From: Eledone cirrhosa
Taxonomy: Eukaryota
Assembly (NCBI GenBank): GCA_964016885.1
Contig: OZ024743.1
Location: forward strand, 134,788,001 to 134,852,000
Direction: 5' to 3'
Length of the DNA: 64,000 nucleotides
This document shows, one piece after another, positions 46,201-61,479 of this stretch; the first letter of the stretch is position 1; each line of letters starts with the position of its first letter. The position numbers and the translations under genes were made by a program. The notes under the pieces were generated by a model that saw nothing but the letters and a program-made list of their open reading frames with translations, had not been told where the DNA came from and searched no databases.

Positions 46201-49200
46201 GCACCAAACACCAAGCACCAAGCACCAAGCATCAAACACCAAACACCAAGCACCAAACACCAAGCACCAATCACCATGCATCAAACACGAAGCAGCCAGC
46301 AGCAAGCACCAAACACCAAACACCAAGCACCAGACACCAAGCACCAAACACCAAACACCAAGCACCAAACACCAAACACCAAGCACAAAGCACCAAACAC
46401 CAAACACCAAGCACCAAGCACCAAACACCAAGCACCAAACACCAAACACCAAACAGCAAACACCAAACACCATACAGCAAACACTAATCACCAAAAAGCA
46501 GACACCAAACAGCAAACACCAAACACCAAACACCAAACACCAAACAGCAAACACCAAACACCAAGCACCAAACACCAAGGACCAAGCACCAAACACCAAC
46601 TCCAAGCACCAAGCACCAAGCACCAAACACCAAGCACCAAACACCAAACATCAAGCACCAAGCACCAAGTACCAAACACCAAGAACCAAGAACCAAACAC
46701 CAAGCACCAAGCACCAAGTACAAACACCAAGCACCAAGCACCAAGCACCAAACACCAAGCAGCAAACACCAAACACCAAGCACCAAGCACCAAACACAAA
46801 GCACCCAGCACCAAACACCAAGGACCAAGCACCAAGGACCAAAAACCAAACACCAAACACAAAACACCAAGCACCAAGCACCAAACACCAAACTCCAAAC
46901 ACCAAGCACCAAGCACCAAACACCAAACACCAAGCACCAAGCACCAAGCACCAGGCACCAAACACCAAGCACCAAGCACCAAACACCAAGCACCAAACAC
47001 CAAACACCAAACGCCAAACACCAAACACCAAGCACCAAGTACAAACACCAAGCACCAAGCACCAAGCACCAAACACCAAGCACCAAGCACCAAACACAAA
47101 ACACCAAGCACCAAGCACCAAGCATCAAACACCAAGCAGCAAACACCAAACACCAAGCACCAAGCACCAAGCACCAAACACAAAGCACCCAGCACCAAAC
47201 ACCAAGGACCAAGCACCAAGCACCAATCACCAAAAACCAAACACGAAACACAAATCACCAATCACCAAGCAACAAACACCAAAATCCAAGCACCAAGCAC
47301 AAAACACCAAACACCAAGCACCAAGCACCAAGCACCAGGCACCAAATACCAAGCACCAAGCACCAAACACCAAGCACCAAACACCAAACACCAAACACCA
47401 AACAGCAAACAACATACAGCAAACACCAAACACCAAAAAGCAAACACCAAACACCAAACAGCAAACACCAAACAACAAACACCAAACAACAAACACCAAA
47501 CAACAAACACCAAACACCAAGCACCAAGCACCAAACACCAAACACCAAACACCAAGCACCAGGCACCAAACACCAAGCACCAAGCACCAAACACCAAGCA
47601 CCTAGCACCAAACACTAAGCACCAAGAACCAAACACTAAGCAGCAAGCACCAAACACCAAGCACCAAGCACCAAGCACCAAACACCAAGAACCGAGCACC
47701 AAGCACCAAGTACAAACACCAAGCACCAAGCACCAAACACCAAGCACCAAGCACCAAGCATCAAACACCAAGCACCAAACACCAAGCACCAAACACCAAG
47801 CACCAAGCACCAAGCACTAAGCACCAAACACCAAGCACCAAACACCAAGCACCAAACACCAAACACCAAGCACCAAACACCAAGCACCAAGCACCAAACA
47901 CCAAGAACCAAGCACCAAGCATCAAGTACAAACACCAAGCACCAAGCACCAAACACCAAACACCAAACAACATACAGCAAAAAACCAAACACCAAAAAGT
48001 AGACACGAAACAGCAAACACCAAACACCAAACACCAAACACCAAACAGCAAACACCAAGCACCAAGCACCAAACACCTAACACCAAGCACCAAACACCAA
48101 GCACCAAACACCAAGCACCAAGCACCAAGCACCAAACACCAAGCACCAAACACCAAGCACCAAGCAGCATTCACCAAGCACCAAACACCAAGCAGCCAGC
48201 AGCAAGCACCAAACACCAAACACCAAGCACCAAGCACCAAAAACCAGACACCAGACACCAAGCACCAAGCACCAAACACCTAACACCAAGCACCAAGCAC
48301 CAAGTACCAAGCACCCAACACCAAGCACCAAACACCAAACACCAAGCACCAAGCACCAAACACCAAGCACCAAACACCAAGCACCAAGCACCAAACACCA
48401 AGCACCAAGCACCAAACACCAAGCACCAAGCACCAAGCATCAAACACCAAACACCAAGCACCAAACACCAAGCACCAATCACCATGCATCAAACACGAAG
48501 CAGCCAGCAGCAAGCACCAAACACCAAACACCAAGCACCAGACACCAAGCACCAAACACCAAACACCAAGCACCAAACACCAAACACCAAGCACAAAGCA
48601 CCAAACACCAAACACCAAGCACCAAGCACCAAACACCAAGCACCAAACACCAAACACCAAACAGCAAACACCAAACACCATACAGCAAACACTAATCACC
48701 AAAAAGCAGACACCAAACAGCAAACACCAAACACCAAACACCAAACACCAAACAGCAAACACCAAACACCAAGCACCAAACACCAAGGACCAAGCACCAA
48801 ACACCAACTCCAAGCACCAAGCACCAAGCACCAAACACCAAGCACCAAACACCAAACATCAAGCACCAAGCACCAAGTACCAAACACCAAGAACCAAGAA
48901 CCAAACACCAAGCACCAAGCACCAAGTACAAACACCAAGCACCAAGCACCAAGCACCAAACACCAAGCAGCAAACACCAAACACCAAGCACCAAGCACCA
49001 AACACAAAGCACCCAGCACCAAACACCAAGGACCAAGCACCAAGGACCAAAAACCAAACACCAAACACAAAACACCAAGCACCAAGCACCAAACACCAAA
49101 CTCCAAACACCAAGCACCAAGCACCAAACACCAAACACCAAGCACCAAGCACCAAGCACCAGGCACCAAACACCAAGCACCAAGCACCAAACACCAAGCA

Positions 49201-49897
49201 CCAAACACCAAACACCAAACGCCAAACACCAAACACCAAGCACCAAGTACAAACACCAAGCACCAAGCAACAAGCACCAAACACCAAGCACCAAGCACCA
49301 AACACAAAACACCAAGCACCAAGCACCAAGCATCAAACACCAAGCAGCAAACACCAAACACCAAGCACCAAGCACCAAGCACCAAACACAAAGCACCCAG
49401 CACCAAACACCAAGGACCAAGCACCAAGCACCAATCACCAAAAACCAAACACGAAACACGAATCACCAATCACCAAGCAACAAACACCAAAATCCAAGCA
49501 CCAAGCACAAAACACCAAACACCAAGCACCAAGCACCAAGCACCAGGCACCAAATACCAAGCACCAAGCACCAAACACCAAGCACCAAACACCAAACACC
49601 AAACACCAAACAGCAAACAACATACAGCAAACACCAAACACCAAAAAGCAAACACCAAACACCAAACAGCAAACACCAAACAACAAACACCAAACAACAA
49701 ACACCAAACAACAAACACCAAACACCAAGCACCAAGCACCAAACACCAAACACCAAACACCAAGCACCAGGCACCAAACACCAAGCACCAAGCACCAAAC
49801 ACCAAGCACCTAGCACCAAACACTAAGCACCAAGCACCAAACACTAAGCAGCAAGCACCAAACACCAAGCACCAAGCACCAAGCACCAAACACCAAG
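45454..49897 (+). repeat. Tandem duplication, period 2208 bp
   Basis: GAACCGAG 45481/47689 and ATGCAT 46276/48484. ORFs 46072/48280 and 47227/49435. About 4 differences noticed. Confidence 0.95.
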
Positions 49898-50303
49898 CAC
49901 CAAGCACCAAGCACCAAACACCAAATACCAAGCACCAAAGACCAAGCACCAAGCACCAAACACCAAGCACCCAGCACTAAACACCAAGCACTAAACACCA
50001 ACCACCCAGCACCAAGCACCAAACACCAAGCACCAAGCACCAAACACCAAACACCAAGCACCAAGCACCAAGCACCAAACACCAAGCACCTAGCACCAAA
50101 CACCAAACACCAAGCCCAAAACACCAAGCACCAATCACCAAGCATCAAACACCAAGCAGCCAGCAGCAAGCACCAAACACCAAACACCAAGCACCAAGCA
50201 CCAAAAACCAAACACCAAGCACCAAGCACCAAACACCTAACACCAAGCACCAAGCACCAAGTACCAAGCACCAAACACCAAGCACCAAACACCAAGCACC
50301 AAA

Positions 50304-53300
50304 CACCAAGCACCAAACACCAAACACCAAGCACCAAACACCTAACACCAAACACCAAGCACCAAACACCAAGCACCAAACACCAAACACCAAGCACCAA
50401 GCACCAAATACCTAACACCAAGCACCAAACACCAAGCACCAAGCACCAAGCACCAAGCACCAAACACCAAGCACCAAACACCAAGCACCAAGCACACAAG
50501 CACCAAACACTAAGCACCAAGCACCAAACACCAAGCACCAAGCACCAAGCACCAAACACCAAACACCAAGCACCCAGCACCAAACACCAAGCACTAAACA
50601 CCAACCACCCAGCACCAAGCACCAAACACCAAGCACCAAGCACCAAACACCAAACACCAAGCACCAAGCACCAAGCACCAAACACCAAGCACCTAGCACC
50701 AATCACCAAACACCAAGCACAAAACACCAAGCACCAATCACCAAGCATCAAACACCAAGCAGCCAGCAGCAAGCACCAAACACCAAACACCAAGCACCAA
50801 GCACCAAAAACCAAACACCAAGCACCAAGCACCAAACACCTAACACCAAGCATCAAGCACCAAGTACCAAGCACCAAACACCAAGCACCAAACACCAAGC
50901 ACCAAACACCAACCACCAAACACCAAACACCTAACACCAAGCACCAAACACCAAGCACCAAACACCAACCACCAAACACCAAGCACCAAGCACCAAGCAC
51001 CAAGCACCAAACACCAAACACCAAGCACCAAGCACCAAACACCTAACACCAAGCACCAAACACCAAGCACCAAACACCAACCACCAAACACCAAGCACCA
51101 AGCACCAAGCACCAAGCACCAAACACCAAGCACCAAACACCAAGCACCAAACACCTAACACCAAGCACCAAGCACCAAGTACCAAGCACCAAACACCAAG
51201 CACCAAACACCAAACACCAAGCACCAAACACCAAACACCAAGCACCAAGCACCAAACACCTAACACCAAGCACCAAACACCAACCACCAAACACCAAGCA
51301 CCAAGGACCAAGCACCAAGCACCAAGCACCAAACACCAAGCCCCAAACACCAAGCACCAAGCACCAAGCACCAAGTACAAACACCAAGCACCAAGCACCA
51401 AACACCAAGCACCAAGCATCAAACACCAAACACCAAACACTAAGCACCAAGCACCAAGCATCAAACACCAAGCATATAACACCAAACACCAAGCACCAAA
51501 CACCAAGCAGCAATCACCAAGCACCAAACACCAAGCAGCCAGCAGCAAGCACCAAACACCAAACACCAAGCACCAAGCACCAAAAACCAGACACCAAGCA
51601 CCAAGCACCAAACACCTAACACCAAGCACCAGGCACCAAGTACCAAGCACCAAACACCAAGCACCAAACACCAAACACCAAGCACCAAGCACCAAACACC
51701 AAGCACCAAACACCAAGCACCAAGCACGAAACACCAAGCACCAAGCACCAAACACCAAGCACCAAGCACCAAGCATCAAACACCAAACACCAAGCACCAA
51801 ACACCAAGCACCAATCACCACGCATCAAACACCACGTAGCCAGCAGCAAGCACCAAAAACCAAACACCAAGCACCAAGCACCAAACACCAAGCACCAAGC
51901 ACCAAACACCAAGCACCAAGCACCAAGCACCAAACACCAAGCACCAAAGACCAAGCATCAAGCACCAAACACCAAGCACCCAGCACCAAACACCAAGCAC
52001 CCAGCACCAAACACCAAGCACCCAGCACCAAACACCAAGCACCAAACACCAACCACCCAGCACCAAGCACCAAACACCAAGCACCAAGCACCAAGCACCA
52101 AACACCAAACACCAAACACCAAGCACCAAACACCAAACACCAAGCACCAGACACCAAGCACCAAACACCAAACACCAAACACCAAGCACGAAGCACCAAA
52201 CACCAAACACCAAACACCAAGCACCAAACACCAAACACCAAGCACCAAACACCAAACACCAAGCACCAGACACCAAGCACCAAACACCAAACACCAAGCA
52301 CCAAACACCAAACACCAAGCACCAAGCACCAAACACCAAACACCAAGCACCAAGCACCAAACACCAAGCACCAAAGACCAAACACCAAACAGCAAACACC
52401 AAACACCATACAGCAAACACTAAACACCAAAAAGGAGACACCAAACAGCAAACACCAAACACCAAACACCAAACACCAAACAGCAAACAGCAAACACCAA
52501 GCACCAAACACCAAGTACCAATCACCAAACACCTAACACCAAGCACCAAGCACCAAGCACCAAACACCAAGCACCAAACACCAAACATCAAGCACCAAGC
52601 ACCAAGTACCAAACACCAAGAACCAAGAACCAAACACCAAGTACCAAGCACCAAGTACAAACACCAAGCACCAAGCACCAAGCACCAAACACCAAGAACC
52701 AAGCACCAAACACAAAACACCAAGCACCAAGCACCAAGCATCAAACACCAAGCAGCAAACACCAAACACCAAGCACCAAGCACCAAACACAAAGCACCCA
52801 GCACCAAACACCAAGCACCAAGCACCAAGCACCAAAAACCAAACACCAAACACAAAACACCAAGCACCAAGCACCAAACACCAAACTCCAAGCACCAAGC
52901 ACCAAGCACCAAACACCAAACACCAAGCACCAAGCACCAAGCACCAGGCACCAAACATCAAGCACCAAGCACCAAACACCAAGCACCAAGCACCAAACAC
53001 CAAACGCCAAACACCAAACACCAAGAACCAAGAACCAAACACCAATCACCAAGAACCAAGTACAAACACCAAGCACCAAGCACCAAGCACCAAACACCAA
53101 GCACCAAGCACCAAACACAAAACACCAAGCACCAAGCACCAAGCATCAAACACCAAGCAGCAAACACCAAACACCAAGCACCAAGCACCAAGCACCAAAC
53201 ACAAAGCACCCAGCACCAAACACCAAGGACCAAGCGCCAAGCACCAATCACCAAAAACCAAACACGAAACACGAAACACCAAGCACCAAGCACCAAACTC

Positions 53301-56300
53301 CAAAATCCAAGCACCAAGCTCCAAACACCAAACACCAAGCACCAAGCACCAAGCACCAGGCACCAAACACCAAGCACCAAGCACCAAACATCAAGCACCA
53401 AACACCAAGCACCAAACACCAAACACCAAAAAGCAAACACCAAACACCAAACAGCAAACACCAAACAACAAACACCAAACAGCAAACAGCAAACACCAAA
53501 CACCAAGCACCAAGCACCAAACACCAAACACCAAACACCAAGCACCAGGCACCAAACGCCAAGCACCAAGCACCAAACACCAAGCACCTAGCACCAAACA
53601 CTAAGCACCAAGCACCAAACACTAAGCACCAAGCACCAAACACCAAGCACCAAGCACCAAACACCAAGCACCAAGCACCAAGCACCAAACACCAAACACC
53701 AAGCACCAAAGACCAAGCACCAAGCACCAAACACCAAGCACCCAGCACCAAACACCAAGCACTAAACACCAACCACCCAGCACCAAGCACCAAACACCAA
53801 GCACCAAGCACCAAACACCAAACACCAAGCACCAAGCACCAAGCACCAAACACCAAGAACCTAGCACCAAACACCAAACACCAAGCACAAAACACCAAGC
53901 ACCAATCACCAAACACCAAGCACCAAGCACCAAACACCTAACAACAAGCACCAAGCACCAAGTACCAAGCACCAAACACCAAGCACCAAACACCAAGCAC
54001 CAAACACCAAGCACCAAACACCAAACACCAAGCACCAAACACCTAACACCAAACACCAAGCATCAAACACCAAGCACCAAACACCAAACACCAAGCACCA
54101 AGCACCAAACACCTAACACCAAGCACCAAACACCAAGCACCAAACACCAAGCACCCAGCACCAAACACCAAGGACCAAGCACCAAGCACCAAGCACCAAA
54201 AACCAAACACGAAACACGAAATACCAAGCACCAAGCACCAAACACCAAACTCCAAGCACCAAGCACCAAACACCAAACACCAAGCACCAAGCACCAAGCA
54301 CCAAACACCAAACACCAAGCACCAAACACCTAACACCAAACACCAAGCACCAAACACCAAGCACCAAACACCAAACACCAAGCACCAAGCACCAAATACC
54401 TAACACCAAGCACCAAACACCAAGCACCAAGCACCAAGCACCAAGCACCAAACACCAAGCACCAAACACCAAGCACCAAGCACACAAGCACCAAACACTA
54501 AGCACCAAGCACCAAACACCAAGCACCAAGCACCAAGCACCAAACACCAAACACCAAGCACCCAGCACCAAACACCAAGCACTAAACACCAACCACCCAG
54601 CACCAAGCACCAAACACCAAGCACCAAGCACCAAACACCAAACACCAAGCACCAAGCACCAAGCACCAAACACCAAGCACCTAGCACCAATCACCAAACA
54701 CCAAGCACAAAACACCAAGCACCAATCACCAAGCATCAAACACCAAGCAGCCAGCAGCAAGCACCAAACACCAAACACCAAGCACCAAGCACCAAAAACC
54801 AAACACCAAGCACCAAGCACCAAACACCTAACACCAAGCATCAAGCACCAAGTACCAAGCACCAAACACCAAGCACCAAACACCAAGCACCAAACACCAA
54901 CCACCAAACACCAAACACCTAACACCAAGCACCAAACACCAAGCACCAAACACCAACCACCAAACACCAAGCACCAAGCACCAAGCACCAAGCACCAAAC
55001 ACCAAACACCAAGCACCAAGCACCAAACACCTAACACCAAGCACCAAACACCAAGCACCAAACACCAACCACCAAACACCAAGCACCAAGCACCAAGCAC
55101 CAAGCACCAAACACCAAGCACCAAACACCAAGCACCAAACACCTAACACCAAGCACCAAGCACCAAGTACCAAGCACCAAACACCAAGCACCAAACACCA
55201 AACACCAAGCACCAAACACCAAACACCAAGCACCAAGCACCAAACACCTAACACCAAGCACCAAACACCAACCACCAAACACCAAGCACCAAGGACCAAG
55301 CACCAAGCACCAAGCACCAAACACCAAGCCCCAAACACCAAGCACCAAGCACCAAGCACCAAGTACAAACACCAAGCACCAAGCACCAAACACCAAGCAC
55401 CAAGCATCAAACACCAAACACCAAACACTAAGCACCAAGCACCAAGCATCAAACACCAAGCATATAACACCAAACACCAAGCACCAAACACCAAGCAGCA
55501 ATCACCAAGCACCAAACACCAAGCAGCCAGCAGCAAGCACCAAACACCAAACACCAAGCACCAAGCACCAAAAACCAGACACCAAGCACCAAGCACCAAA
55601 CACCTAACACCAAGCACCAGGCACCAAGTACCAAGCACCAAACACCAAGCACCAAACACCAAACACCAAGCACCAAGCACCAAACACCAAGCACCAAACA
55701 CCAAGCACCAAGCACGAAACACCAAGCACCAAGCACCAAACACCAAGCACCAAGCACCAAGCATCAAACACCAAACACCAAGCACCAAACACCAAGCACC
55801 AATCACCACGCATCAAACACCACGTAGCCAGCAGCAAGCACCAAAAACCAAACACCAAGCACCAAGCACCAAACACCAAGCACCAAGCACCAAACACCAA
55901 GCACCAAGCACCAAGCACCAAACACCAAGCACCAAAGACCAAGCATCAAGCACCAAACACCAAGCACCCAGCACCAAACACCAAGCACCCAGCACCAAAC
56001 ACCAAGCACCCAGCACCAAACACCAAGCACCAAACACCAACCACCCAGCACCAAGCACCAAACACCAAGCACCAAGCACCAAGCACCAAACACCAAACAC
56101 CAAACACCAAGCACCAAACACCAAACACCAAGCACCAGACACCAAGCACCAAACACCAAACACCAAACACCAAGCACGAAGCACCAAACACCAAACACCA
56201 AACACCAAGCACCAAACACCAAACACCAAGCACCAAACACCAAACACCAAGCACCAGACACCAAGCACCAAACACCAAACACCAAGCACCAAACACCAAA

Positions 56301-58291
56301 CACCAAGCACCAAGCACCAAACACCAAACACCAAGCACCAAGCACCAAACACCAAGCACCAAAGACCAAACACCAAACAGCAAACACCAAACACCATACA
56401 GCAAACACTAAACACCAAAAAGGAGACACCAAACAGCAAACACCAAACACCAAACACCAAACACCAAACAGCAAACAGCAAACACCAAGCACCAAACACC
56501 AAGTACCAATCACCAAACACCTAACACCAAGCACCAAGCACCAAGCACCAAACACCAAGCACCAAACACCAAACATCAAGCACCAAGCACCAAGTACCAA
56601 ACACCAAGAACCAAGAACCAAACACCAAGTACCAAGCACCAAGTACAAACACCAAGCACCAAGCACCAAGCACCAAACACCAAGAACCAAGCACCAAACA
56701 CAAAACACCAAGCACCAAGCACCAAGCATCAAACACCAAGCAGCAAACACCAAACACCAAGCACCAAGCACCAAACACAAAGCACCCAGCACCAAACACC
56801 AAGCACCAAGCACCAAGCACCAAAAACCAAACACCAAACACAAAACACCAAGCACCAAGCACCAAACACCAAACTCCAAGCACCAAGCACCAAGCACCAA
56901 ACACCAAACACCAAGCACCAAGCACCAAGCACCAGGCACCAAACATCAAGCACCAAGCACCAAACACCAAGCACCAAGCACCAAACACCAAACGCCAAAC
57001 ACCAAACACCAAGAACCAAGAACCAAACACCAATCACCAAGAACCAAGTACAAACACCAAGCACCAAGCACCAAGCACCAAACACCAAGCACCAAGCACC
57101 AAACACAAAACACCAAGCACCAAGCACCAAGCATCAAACACCAAGCAGCAAACACCAAACACCAAGCACCAAGCACCAAGCACCAAACACAAAGCACCCA
57201 GCACCAAACACCAAGGACCAAGCGCCAAGCACCAATCACCAAAAACCAAACACGAAACACGAAACACCAAGCACCAAGCACCAAACTCCAAAATCCAAGC
57301 ACCAAGCTCCAAACACCAAACACCAAGCACCAAGCACCAAGCACCAGGCACCAAACACCAAGCACCAAGCACCAAACATCAAGCACCAAACACCAAGCAC
57401 CAAACACCAAACACCAAAAAGCAAACACCAAACACCAAACAGCAAACACCAAACAACAAACACCAAACAGCAAACAGCAAACACCAAACACCAAGCACCA
57501 AGCACCAAACACCAAACACCAAACACCAAGCACCAGGCACCAAACGCCAAGCACCAAGCACCAAACACCAAGCACCTAGCACCAAACACTAAGCACCAAG
57601 CACCAAACACTAAGCACCAAGCACCAAACACCAAGCACCAAGCACCAAACACCAAGCACCAAGCACCAAGCACCAAACACCAAACACCAAGCACCAAAGA
57701 CCAAGCACCAAGCACCAAACACCAAGCACCCAGCACCAAACACCAAGCACTAAACACCAACCACCCAGCACCAAGCACCAAACACCAAGCACCAAGCACC
57801 AAACACCAAACACCAAGCACCAAGCACCAAGCACCAAACACCAAGAACCTAGCACCAAACACCAAACACCAAGCACAAAACACCAAGCACCAATCACCAA
57901 ACACCAAGCACCAAGCACCAAACACCTAACAACAAGCACCAAGCACCAAGTACCAAGCACCAAACACCAAGCACCAAACACCAAGCACCAAACACCAAGC
58001 ACCAAACACCAAACACCAAGCACCAAACACCTAACACCAAACACCAAGCATCAAACACCAAGCACCAAACACCAAACACCAAGCACCAAGCACCAAACAC
58101 CTAACACCAAGCACCAAACACCAAGCACCAAACACCAAGCACCCAGCACCAAACACCAAGGACCAAGCACCAAGCACCAAGCACCAAAAACCAAACACGA
58201 AACACGAAATACCAAGCACCAAGCACCAAACACCAAACTCCAAGCACCAAGCACCAAACACCAAACACCAAGCACCAAGCACCAAGCACCA
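50304..58291 (+). repeat. Tandem duplication, period 3988 bp, copies apparently identical
   Basis: AGCT 53317/57305. Matching ORF translations at 50412/54400, 51815/55803, 53622/57610. Confidence 0.95.
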
Positions 58292-61200
58292 GGCACCAAA
58301 CACCAAGCACCAAGCAGCCAGCAGCAAGCACCAAGCACCAACCACCAAACACCAAACACCAAACAGCAAACAACATACAGCAAACACCAAACACCAAAAA
58401 GCAAACACCAAACACCAAACAGCAAACACCAAACAACAAACACCAAACAACAAACACCAAACAGCAAACAGCAAACACCAAACAACAAGCACCAAGCACC
58501 AAACACCAAACACCAAACACCAAGCACCAGGCACCAAACACCAAGCACCAAGCACCAAACACCAAGCACCTAGCACCAAACACTAAGCACCAAGCACCAA
58601 ACACTAAGCACCAAGCACCAAACACCAAGCACCAAGCACCAAACACCAAGCACCAAGCACCAAGCACCAAACACCAAACACCAAGCACCAAAGACCAAGC
58701 ACCAAGCACCAAACACCAAGCACCCAGCACCAAACACCAAGCACTAAACACCAACCACTCAGCACCAAGCACCAAACACCAAGCATGAAGCACCTAACAC
58801 CAAACACCAAACACCAAGCACCAAGCAACAAGCACCAAACACCAAGCACCTAGCACCAAACACCAAACACCAAGCACAAAACACCAAGCACCAATCACCA
58901 AGCATCAAACACCAAGCAGCCAGCAGCAAGCACCAAACACCAAACACCAAGCACCAAGCACCAAAAACCAAACACCAAGCACCAAGCACCAAACACCTAA
59001 CCCCAAGCACCAAGCACCAAGTACCAAGCACCAAACACCAAGCACCAAACACCAAACATCAAGCACCAAGCACCAAGTACCAAACACCAAGAACCAAGAA
59101 CCAAACACCAAGCACCAAGCACCAAGTACAAACACCGAGTACCAAGCACCAAGCACCAAACACCAAGAACCAAGCACCAAACACAAAACACCAAGCACCA
59201 AGCACCAAGCATCAAACACCAAGCAGCAAACACCAAACACCAAGCACCAAGCACAAAACACAAAGCACCCAGCACCAAACACCAATGACCAAGCACCAAG
59301 CACCAAAAACCAAACACCAAACACAAAACACAAAGCACCAAGCACCAAACACCAAACTCCAAGCACCAAGCACCAAGAACCAAACACCAAACACCAAGCA
59401 CCAAGCACCAAGCACCAGGCACCAAACACCAAGCACCAAACACCAAACACCAAGCACCAAGCACCAAACACCAAGTACCAAGCACCAAGCACCAAACATC
59501 AAGCATCAAGAACCAAGCACCAAACACAAAGCACCAAGCACCAAGCACCAAACACCTAGCACCAAGCACCAAACACCAAGCACCAAGCACCAAGCACCAA
59601 ACACCAAGAACCAAGCACCAAGCACCAAGCACCAAATACCAAACACCAAGCACCAAGCACCACACATCAAACACCAAACACCACACACCAAACACCAAAC
59701 AGCAAACACCAAATAGCAAACACCAAACAGCAAACACCAAACACCAAATAGCAAACAGCAAACACCAAACACCAAACACCTAGCACCAAGCACCAAACAC
59801 CAAACAGCAAGCACCAAGCACCAAGCACCAAGCACCAAGCACCAAGCACCAAACACCAAACACCAAGCACCAAGCACCAAGCACCAGGCACCAAACACCA
59901 AGCACCAAGCAGCCAGCAGCAAGCACCAAGCACCAACCACCAAACACCAAACACCAAACAGCAAACAACATACAGCAAACACCAAACACCAAAAAGCAAA
60001 CACCAAACACCAAACAGCAAACACCAAACAACAAACACCAAACAACAAACACCAAACAGCAAACAGCAAACACCAAACAACAAGCACCAAGCACCAAACA
60101 CCAAACACCAAACACCAAGCACCAGGCACCAAACACCAAGCACCAAGCACCAAACACCAAGCACCTAGCACCAAACACTAAGCACCAAGCACCAAACACT
60201 AAGCACCAAGCACCAAACACCAAGCACCAAGCACCAAACACCAAGCACCAAGCACCAAGCACCAAACACCAAACACCAAGCACCAAAGACCAAGCACCAA
60301 GCACCAAACACCAAGCACCCAGCACCAAACACCAAGCACTAAACACCAACCACTCAGCACCAAGCACCAAACACCAAGCATGAAGCACCTAACACCAAAC
60401 ACCAAACACCAAGCACCAAGCAACAAGCACCAAACACCAAGCACCTAGCACCAAACACCAAACACCAAGCACAAAACACCAAGCACCAATCACCAAGCAT
60501 CAAACACCAAGCAGCCAGCAGCAAGCACCAAACACCAAACACCAAGCACCAAGCACCAAAAACCAAACACCAAGCACCAAGCACCAAACACCTAACCCCA
60601 AGCACCAAGCACCAAGTACCAAGCACCAAACACCAAGCACCAAACACCAAACATCAAGCACCAAGCACCAAGTACCAAACACCAAGAACCAAGAACCAAA
60701 CACCAAGCACCAAGCACCAAGTACAAACACCGAGTACCAAGCACCAAGCACCAAACACCAAGAACCAAGCACCAAACACAAAACACCAAGCACCAAGCAC
60801 CAAGCATCAAACACCAAGCAGCAAACACCAAACACCAAGCACCAAGCACAAAACACAAAGCACCCAGCACCAAACACCAATGACCAAGCACCAAGCACCA
60901 AAAACCAAACACCAAACACAAAACACAAAGCACCAAGCACCAAACACCAAACTCCAAGCACCAAGCACCAAGAACCAAACACCAAACACCAAGCACCAAG
61001 CACCAAGCACCAGGCACCAAACACCAAGCACCAAACACCAAACACCAAGCACCAAGCACCAAACACCAAGTACCAAGCACCAAGCACCAAACATCAAGCA
61101 TCAAGAACCAAGCACCAAACACAAAGCACCAAGCACCAAGCACCAAACACCTAGCACCAAGCACCAAACACCAAGCACCAAGCACCAAGCACCAAACACC

Positions 61201-61479
61201 AAGAACCAAGCACCAAGCACCAAGCACCAAATACCAAACACCAAGCACCAAGCACCACACATCAAACACCAAACACCACACACCAAACACCAAACAGCAA
61301 ACACCAAATAGCAAACACCAAACAGCAAACACCAAACACCAAATAGCAAACAGCAAACACCAAACACCAAACACCTAGCACCAAGCACCAAACACCAAAC
61401 AGCAAGCACCAAGCACCAAGCACCAAGCACCAAGCACCAAGCACCAAACACCAAACACCAAGCACCAAGCACCAAGCAC
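58240..61479 (+). repeat. Tandem duplication, period 1595 bp, copies apparently identical
   Basis: AGGCACC 58291/59886. Matching ORFs at 58604/60199, 58997/60592, 59285/60880. Confidence 0.95.
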
